Positions 58,601 through 64,000 of a stretch of 64,000 bases of DNA are shown piece by piece. The stretch covers positions 32,001-96,000 of the IMG/VR virus record IMGVR_UViG_3300035562_000082, one strand, 5' to 3'. Numbering within the stretch: position 1 is the stretch's first letter; each line of letters begins with the position of its first letter. The stretch comes from a virus (Duplodnaviria > Caudoviricetes). The notes beneath the pieces are model-generated. The model worked only from the letters and a program-made list of their open reading frames with translations. It had not been told where the DNA came from and ran no database searches. The translations under genes were made by a program, and so were the position numbers.

Positions 58601-59289
58601 TGGAGTCCACGAGCGAGAAACAAACGTCGTCGTTGTCCGAGGCACTTTCTGGTTTGGGCGACAAGCTATCGACGTTGTTCAACGATTTGGTAACGGCCAT
58701 TACTTCGATGATCGGCAGTACCAGTGGTGGGGCTGCCGGTGGTGGTAGTGGGTTGTTGGGGTTGTTCAGTGGGTTGTTTGGCGGAGGTGCAGGCGCTGGT
58801 GCAGCGGGTGCTGGCGCAGCAGGGGCTGGATCAGCCGGTGCAGGGGATCTGGTAGCTGGTGCTACAGTGTTGGCAGCCCGTGGGGGGAAGATCACGCCGT
58901 TTGGGTTGCTTCGGCATCTGGCTGAAGGCGGGCCGATTGTTGGCCCGGGTACTGGTACGTCTGATAGCGTGCCGATCATGGCCAGCCACGGTGAGTTCAT
59001 CATGAACGCCGACGCCACTAAGAGGTATGAACCGCTGTTGCACGCGATGAACGACGGGCGGTTGAACATTGGGTTTGGTGGGGCGCGGAAAATGGCCGCA
59101 GGTGGTGCGGTTGCCGGGGGGCATGCGGCAATGCCTGCTCCGCAGGTTCACGTTACTCATCGGATTGTGAACGTCATTGATCCAAAAATGGCCAAGGACT
59201 ACATGCAGTCGAGCGATGGTGAACAGGTGATGTTGAATTTCATTCGGCGTAATGCCGGGTCGGTCCAGCAATTGCTGGCAACGGGGTAA
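55657..59289 (+). CDS. Tape measure protein
   Basis: ~1210 aa, Ala-rich helical; C-terminal GPGTGTSDS...SHGEF. Confidence 0.92.
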   Translation: MATEQAELQIILKVVSNAKEALDELAARFTELSGQLGKVGKSAEGLGEVGEHAHAVGQHLEETGEHADTLLSKFNELREGALLLVKSFLALEAVRLFREFAEEQAAIEVMVVGMKNIGEAAGYTSEQMTKLVKDLQEFDITKGVAAKNVGTLIANQLSPEKISEIGAAARKLALESGRSVDEVFTVLARAVATGQTRLLTRQFQILGKFDATQALHVEAQRRLAASGSSFISASERPEITAGAIVRRINERVPETAIKEGADTAEGRLKHLGVVWKEFKESLGEGTETVFGGVIAGLTAIVEAMKEFVESLGKGTSVSKTLGEAMRSLGEAIAGAIKFVTAHKDAIKVLAEFVGILIAFDLAGWFLKVATAGAGAAGIATFGTALKYVVQMGLLAGGPVRAALAGLTFTVRTLFVALGGWVTVAALVITGLIELYNRSSVVQAAIKALGTAFVEFGDWLWDTVVTRLKLVVDGFRSLWEAVATRSTAPLKAFVKEVGDELDRLQKKKEEAERKTGARYRGAKLTAETPAGPVEPYGGEAHGRFVPTVQQPKREKTDEELAEEAARDAANAKAIADNRLKIAEAALAEEKRMAARAQADDEFLMARGLIAVENFYQHRLAAVKAGLDAELAVNRAQRNKIDAEEAAYRASPAFKGGATADARITEFQTQRQALLAKDKLARAKANDDEVKLVETGQTKIRDLERKASEERNKLALKDTTDLGARLEQIRAKYEKLNEEAGDNERLKAANALNEAYDRQQAGIETLTARWEQYKNVQTAVLDLQTAEVALAQKTFQLTSLGAQEANNAILERRIVLEQQHLQELENLRQHYVAEGAAGVKAAKDTEVEMLKTRAAILGLQQQIKTAGEEIAKSFSDNLTGTLDKIIERTEHATQAWKDFGRALVATITHKATTGFAESITNALAGGGTKGGEPAGGGIFGFVGGLLGGGGKKPTGAPGDPLEVVMGVPKVAGAADATTKLADKLESTSEKQTSSLSEALSGLGDKLSTLFNDLVTAITSMIGSTSGGAAGGGSGLLGLFSGLFGGGAGAGAAGAGAAGAGSAGAGDLVAGATVLAARGGKITPFGLLRHLAEGGPIVGPGTGTSDSVPIMASHGEFIMNADATKRYEPLLHAMNDGRLNIGFGGARKMAAGGAVAGGHAAMPAPQVHVTHRIVNVIDPKMAKDYMQSSDGEQVMLNFIRRNAGSVQQLLATG

Positions 59290-59301
59290 AGGAGGTACAT
59301 C

Positions 59302-59436
59302 ATGTGGGCCAAGATCGCGTTGAGAGTGGCATTGGGTGTGGCTGCTCTTGCGGCAGCGTACTTTGGTAAGAAGCAGTACGACAAGACGCATCCGAAAAAA
59401 CCGCCGACACCGGAAGCACCACCGCCAGCAAGCTAG
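59302..59436 (+). CDS. 44-aa single-TM peptide
   Basis: AAAGGAGGT RBS; MWAKIALRVALGVAALAAAYFGKK... Confidence 0.55.
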   Translation: MWAKIALRVALGVAALAAAYFGKKQYDKTHPKKPPTPEAPPPAS

Positions 59437-59620
59437 CGGCAATTGATTGCCGTGAGCCCGTGGCACATGCGCAGTGGTCGATGTGCCAGGGCGTTTGTTA
59501 GGCCGTCTATAAACCCAATTGAGATCGTGTGCTTGCTGTTGCGAGGCTGGCGGTATACGTCTTGGGGTTGGTGGACGAAGCCCAATAGGTATCAACGTGG
59601 ATTAGAGCGAGGAGACGAGA

Positions 59621-60577
59621 ATTTCGTATCAAGCGGGGACCGCCACTAATTACCTGGACCTGTTGTCGAAGATCGTGACGTTCGTGTCGGGTGACACGGC
59701 GTTGGTGGCCGCTGGGCAAGCATGGACGGTCAATCGCTATGATTCAACGGGGGCGGTCAGTCCGTACGGGCCGGATGGTAATGGCTTTAGTCGTACCGCT
59801 GAGGCGTGGTTCAAGGCTCCTGGATTGGCCGGCACTGACACGTTTTACCTTGGCATCTCTGGTTTCGGCAGCATCTCGGAAGACTCTTACAATCTGGCGT
59901 TGGCAGGTGCCACGGGCTGGAATTCGGCCATGCCTTGGGGTAATCAACCGGGGAAATCGGCTGAGCCCGCGATGTTGGCGTGGAACGGCACGATTCCGTA
60001 TTGGATGGTTGCCAATGGTCGTCGTCTTGCGCTGGTGGCCAAGATCGGGACCAACTATGAATCGATGTACCTTGGTGCGTATTTGCCGTACGGGACGCCC
60101 GGTCAAGCGCCGTATCCGATCATGATCGCTGGGACGTACCCGAATTTTGCGACGCGGTATTCGAACAGCGGGCAGCTTCATCGAGCGATGTTCAACCCCG
60201 GTTGGGATGGCGGTGGCCTTAGTAATTCCTACGTGTATTGGCCGGATGGTACGTGGTTGACCGTTGGAAATGTGCTTACCCAGAATCAATCGGACATTGG
60301 GTACAACGATAGCGGTAGATCCGTATACCCGTGGATCAGTAAGTGGGCACAGTCGATCAGGGAGAACATCGACGGCACGTACACGCTAACACCCGCGCAG
60401 TTGATCAGCGTTAGTCCCAGTGGGAATGTCATGGGCGTGTTCGATGGCATTTATCACGTGACGAACTTCAACAACAGCGCGGAGAACACGATAACCGTTG
60501 GTGGAAGCACGTATTTGGTGTTCCCTAACATTTTTCGTTCGAACGTCTACGATTACGCGGCGATGCTGCTGGCTTGA
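59621..60577 (+). CDS. Virion tail protein (probable ATT start)
   Basis: (I)SYQAGTATNYLDLL N-terminus; YW..ANGRR...Y.S.YLG..LPY..P...PYP. Confidence 0.75.
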   Translation: MSYQAGTATNYLDLLSKIVTFVSGDTALVAAGQAWTVNRYDSTGAVSPYGPDGNGFSRTAEAWFKAPGLAGTDTFYLGISGFGSISEDSYNLALAGATGWNSAMPWGNQPGKSAEPAMLAWNGTIPYWMVANGRRLALVAKIGTNYESMYLGAYLPYGTPGQAPYPIMIAGTYPNFATRYSNSGQLHRAMFNPGWDGGGLSNSYVYWPDGTWLTVGNVLTQNQSDIGYNDSGRSVYPWISKWAQSIRENIDGTYTLTPAQLISVSPSGNVMGVFDGIYHVTNFNNSAENTITVGGSTYLVFPNIFRSNVYDYAAMLLA

Positions 60578-60580
60578 GTC

Positions 60581-61495
60581 ATGCCCTATACGACCAATAG
60601 TGCGGCAAACATTTCCGGGTTGGTTGACGCCATCAACACGTTTTTGTCGGCCAATGGTTGGACGGTGCTAAACACGTACGCCGATGGTCCTGGGGGTGTT
60701 GGCAAGCACGGTATAGCGGTCACCGATGGTGCGGCCGGGTACTTTGAAATCTGGTGTGATGCGATGTTGTTGTACGTTGCAGGCAGTGTGTCGTACACCA
60801 ATACCGTGGCGCTAAACGCTCAACCTAATCAATCGGACATAGGCGTTGGTACGCAGGCGACGTTCAGTGCCAATGGTCCGGTATTGGCCTATTGGTTGTT
60901 TGCACCGAATGCCACGGACTTGTACATCGTGATTCGTGTGGCGACCGGCGTGTACACGCATTTGCATTTTGGGACGCTGGCAAAGTACGGGACGTACACC
61001 GGAGGGCAATGGGGAACCAGGAGTTATTGGGACAACGGTATCAACACGTACGACTATGGGCAACGAGACAGCGGTAACTACATTGCGCCGTATGATTACG
61101 GCGGCAGTAACTGGGGCACGTACTCTGGGTTTGTGGGTGCTCAGGTGGATGGCCATACATGGTGGAGCTTGGGTCCACCCCTTCATGGGGGGTCGATTTA
61201 TCTGCCTGCGTATTCGATTGTGCGGGGAGACGGGCGGAAGATCACCGATAGAAGTCCGAATGCGTTCAATCAGGAAGCGGTGTTTGCTAATCTCCCGATG
61301 TTCGTACTGCGACCGACTGGGTTATGGACGCCCGTGGGCGAGGTCAAGGACTGTCGGTCGGTGAATATTCACAATTACAACTCAGAGGACATCATTACCA
61401 TTGGAACGGACAACTGGCAGGTGTTTCCGTTGATCAGCAAGTTGTTGACCACTCGGTCGAGTCAGGATGAAGGTCTGGCAATCCGTAGAGCATGA
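60581..61495 (+). CDS. Virion tail protein
   Basis: MPYTT.SA...L..NGW...Y.H..FG.L.K...GG. Confidence 0.75.
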   Translation: MPYTTNSAANISGLVDAINTFLSANGWTVLNTYADGPGGVGKHGIAVTDGAAGYFEIWCDAMLLYVAGSVSYTNTVALNAQPNQSDIGVGTQATFSANGPVLAYWLFAPNATDLYIVIRVATGVYTHLHFGTLAKYGTYTGGQWGTRSYWDNGINTYDYGQRDSGNYIAPYDYGGSNWGTYSGFVGAQVDGHTWWSLGPPLHGGSIYLPAYSIVRGDGRKITDRSPNAFNQEAVFANLPMFVLRPTGLWTPVGEVKDCRSVNIHNYNSEDIITIGTDNWQVFPLISKLLTTRSSQDEGLAIRRA

Positions 61496-63165
61496 GCACC
61501 GGGAATGTAGCTGGCAGTGTACTTGCCACGCCCCTGTCAAGCCTCACGTCGGCGATCATGCCGAACCCGCCGTGGGTTCCGGCCAGCCTGTATACCCCAA
61601 CGTACTACGTCGGTGGCCGTAGCTATCGCTCGCAGACGGAGGTCACGAGATCAGCCAGCGGAAATGTTGCTGGTGCGTATTTCTATGACTATTACTTCCA
61701 TATCCATGTAACGCCGCAGATTCTGGCGTTAGGGGCGATTCTCAATCAGCTAACGCGTACGATCGAGGTTTGGAACGCGTTTTTCGTCAGTAACACCTTA
61801 AACTCGATTGTCAGTAGTGGAAACACCGCTGGCATCAACCTCACAGGTCCTGCTGCTCCGCAGGTTGTTGGGCCGTTGGGGACCTTGGTGTACAGCGTAG
61901 GCGTGCAGCCGGTTGGCCCGGTGTCGGTCAACGCCACGTACACATTCAGCTTTAGTAATCTGGCGGTTGGTAGTGCGTTGATCACCGGCACACGTAGTGT
62001 GCTGTTTGGTTTACGGCCGAATTGGGATCAGGGGTTCAAAGAGCGGCTGGAGTGGAAGACCGATGTGCTGTTCAGTCGGGCCGGGGTTGAGCAGCGGATG
62101 GCCCTACGGCAGATTCCGCGACGATGGTTTGAGTTCACGATCAACGCCTATGAGAATGAGTATGGAATATTTGATTCATTGGTCGCCGGTTGGCAATCAA
62201 GAATTTACAGTGTACCCGTATGGTCTGATCGACAGTTTCTTACGGCCGTGCTGGCTGCTGGATCAACGGTCGTTCCATGCAAGACTCAGTACTATGATTT
62301 TATAGTCGGAAACACGGTGATCATCGGTACTGACGCACGGCATTTAGAGGCCGCGCAAGTGCAGTCGATTGCATCCGATGGTGTGACGTTGACCCAAGGT
62401 ACGCAAAACACCTGGAGCCCGGGGGCGTTTGTCGTGCCGGCTCATCAAGCGCGATTGCAGTTATCGACCCAGGGGACGAAGCCCACTGCGCAGTTGGCGA
62501 TGTACCCGTTGCAGTTTCAGCTTCAAGATCAATCGAACGTCGTGGCCGTGGACGATAGCACGATGTTCCAAGGTATCCCCGTGTGCTTGTTCGTGCCCGA
62601 TCGGTCGCCGGACCTGCCGGTGACGTACGAACGAAAAGCGGTGATGCTTGATTACGACATTGGCATACAGGAGGTGGATGATGCACCGGCTAGGCCGTTC
62701 ATTACGCGCACGCACGAGTTTTTGTGGGGTAGTCGTGCAGAGATCTGGGCGTTTAGGGCGTGGTTGCATGCCAAGCAAGGACAGTTGAACAGCTTTTGGA
62801 TGCCGGTGTACGAGCGGTCGTTTGAAGTCCAGCAGGATATCACGAGCGCCAGTGCAAACATCAGCGTCCTGTCTCAGGAGTTTTCGGTTCTGGAGTCTGG
62901 ACTGGCCGGTCGAGGAGCGATTGCCATTCTCACGGTTGATGGTGTCTGGCATTTTCAAACGGTCACCAGTATTCAGGCCACGACCAATCCCGAGGTCGAG
63001 GCCATGAACTTGGGTGGGAGCTTTGGCACGTTGATTTCTGTGGCGAGCATTCGTATTGCCTGTTGGCTGGAGAAACTGCGGTTGGGCGCGGATTCTGCTG
63101 AGCTTTACTGGGAGACCGACAACATTGTCAGGTCATCGTTGCCGTTTACGGGGACGAACGGATGA
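61492..63165 (+). CDS. Tail assembly/distal tail protein
   Basis: PNW....ERLEWKTDVL.S..G.EQR..LR..PRR. Confidence 0.8.
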   Translation: MSTGNVAGSVLATPLSSLTSAIMPNPPWVPASLYTPTYYVGGRSYRSQTEVTRSASGNVAGAYFYDYYFHIHVTPQILALGAILNQLTRTIEVWNAFFVSNTLNSIVSSGNTAGINLTGPAAPQVVGPLGTLVYSVGVQPVGPVSVNATYTFSFSNLAVGSALITGTRSVLFGLRPNWDQGFKERLEWKTDVLFSRAGVEQRMALRQIPRRWFEFTINAYENEYGIFDSLVAGWQSRIYSVPVWSDRQFLTAVLAAGSTVVPCKTQYYDFIVGNTVIIGTDARHLEAAQVQSIASDGVTLTQGTQNTWSPGAFVVPAHQARLQLSTQGTKPTAQLAMYPLQFQLQDQSNVVAVDDSTMFQGIPVCLFVPDRSPDLPVTYERKAVMLDYDIGIQEVDDAPARPFITRTHEFLWGSRAEIWAFRAWLHAKQGQLNSFWMPVYERSFEVQQDITSASANISVLSQEFSVLESGLAGRGAIAILTVDGVWHFQTVTSIQATTNPEVEAMNLGGSFGTLISVASIRIACWLEKLRLGADSAELYWETDNIVRSSLPFTGTNG

Positions 63166-63992
63166 CCTACGGTGTACGCGAGCTTGGGCAGGAGACCGGT
63201 GCGCCGATTGAACTGTACGAGTTTCAGGCTGGTTCACAGTATTGGAGATTTACCTCTGGTTTTTCGCCCATTACGTACTTGGGGAACGTGTTTTCGCCTT
63301 ATCCGTTGAAGCGCGGGAACATCGTGCAGTCACCGGACGCCGGGAAGCTCAGGCTGTCGATTGAGTGTGCGCGCGATCTGCCGGTGGTCACACGGTACCT
63401 TCAGTATTCGTTGGACGGGATATTGGCGATCAGGATTTTTCGCTACCACAACCTGGATACGGAGTTCATTACGTACTGGCAGGGTCGGGTTATTCAGGTG
63501 ATGATGACCGACAGCAGCAACAGCAGGATCGACTGTGAACTGGCGTTCAGTCAACTTCAGTTTCCGGGTGCCCGCCGACGGTATCAACCTGGATGCCCGC
63601 ACGTACTGTACAAGGTCGGGTGTAATGCCTCTGAACCGGCGTTTCAGCTTGCGGGTGTGTTGTTGAGCGCCAGTGGCACGTTGTTGACCAGCGCGACCTT
63701 TGGATCCAAGCCCGACAATTTCAACGGCACGGGCGTTGGTTGGTGGGTGGGCGGGAAGTTCATCACGCAGATCGGAGGGCAGAGCGCTTATCGTGTGGTT
63801 TTGGGGCATTTAGGAAGCACGATTGTTATTGAGTCGGCTATCCAAGGACTGGCGCAGAACGCGGCGTTCACCATCAGCCCAGGGTGTGATCGCACCATGT
63901 CGGCGTGCAATACCAAGTTCGGGAACATCGATAACTACGGTGGATTTCCGTATAAACCGACGCAGAATCCGTTTACCAGCAGTCCGTATTAA
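63162..63992 (+). CDS. DUF2163/BR0599-family tail tip (hub) protein
   Basis: PIELYEF...C.H.LY..GC...PGCDR....C..KF.N..NYGGFPY.P..NPF. Confidence 0.88.
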   Translation: MTYGVRELGQETGAPIELYEFQAGSQYWRFTSGFSPITYLGNVFSPYPLKRGNIVQSPDAGKLRLSIECARDLPVVTRYLQYSLDGILAIRIFRYHNLDTEFITYWQGRVIQVMMTDSSNSRIDCELAFSQLQFPGARRRYQPGCPHVLYKVGCNASEPAFQLAGVLLSASGTLLTSATFGSKPDNFNGTGVGWWVGGKFITQIGGQSAYRVVLGHLGSTIVIESAIQGLAQNAAFTISPGCDRTMSACNTKFGNIDNYGGFPYKPTQNPFTSSPY

Positions 63993-64000
63993 GGAGGTTG

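Larger units (their letters stand above)
2093..59450. repeat. Dispersed near-palindromic motif (G/T)GCAATTGATTGC(C/A)
   Basis: Perfect 12-bp core at 2093, 8165, 11028, 17530, 19175, 34960, 37727, 40382(-), 46436, 47163(-), 50414, 55281, 59439; one-mismatch copies at 5057, 12067, 12816, 22179, 25516, 30108; about 0.01 copies expected by chance. Confidence 0.92.

Noticed and set aside
58727-58860. Gly/Ala low-complexity repeat (GAGAAG)
   Set aside because: Ordinary tape-measure C-terminal linker.
1-64000. tRNA, rRNA, integrase or att site
   Set aside because: None recognised by eye; tRNAscan and HMM searches were not run.

Overview
The window is about 64 kb of a tailed dsDNA phage genome (roughly 58-60% GC by eye, almost all genes on +). 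The host is probably a proteobacterium with type IV pili. Gene order: (1) many small early genes behind eight near-identical sigma70 promoters; (2) a TIGR-Tas-type RNA-guided locus, made of a nuclease-less IS110/Nop-domain protein (8209-9264) and about 48 units of a 36-nt dual-repeat array (9259-11016); (3) nucleotide-metabolism and anti-defence genes (MazG-like, ThyX, two tandem Acb2, possible Tad1); (4) two large multidomain 'polyvalent' proteins; (5) a truncated-PPDK/phosphatase cassette; (6) family A DNA polymerase; (7) a host-like type IV pilin on the minus strand with its own sigma54 promoter; (8) portal, a 1508-aa MuF fusion (GNAT, topoisomerase IB, Acb1-like, and an intein holding an antisense endonuclease), spanins, protease, scaffold, capsid and a siphovirus-type tail. 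Main observation: one array unit (spacers AGTTGCAAT and GTGCAATTG), read in TIGR geometry, spells GTGCAATTG|ATTGCAACT. Its 12-bp core GCAATTGATTGC occurs 13 times perfectly and 6 times with one mismatch across this genome, including just upstream of the tas gene and just downstream of the array. This suggests an RNA-guided, non-cutting, multi-site self-binding system. No terminase, integrase or endolysin was recognised in the window. All family calls come from motifs recognised by eye, with no database search.
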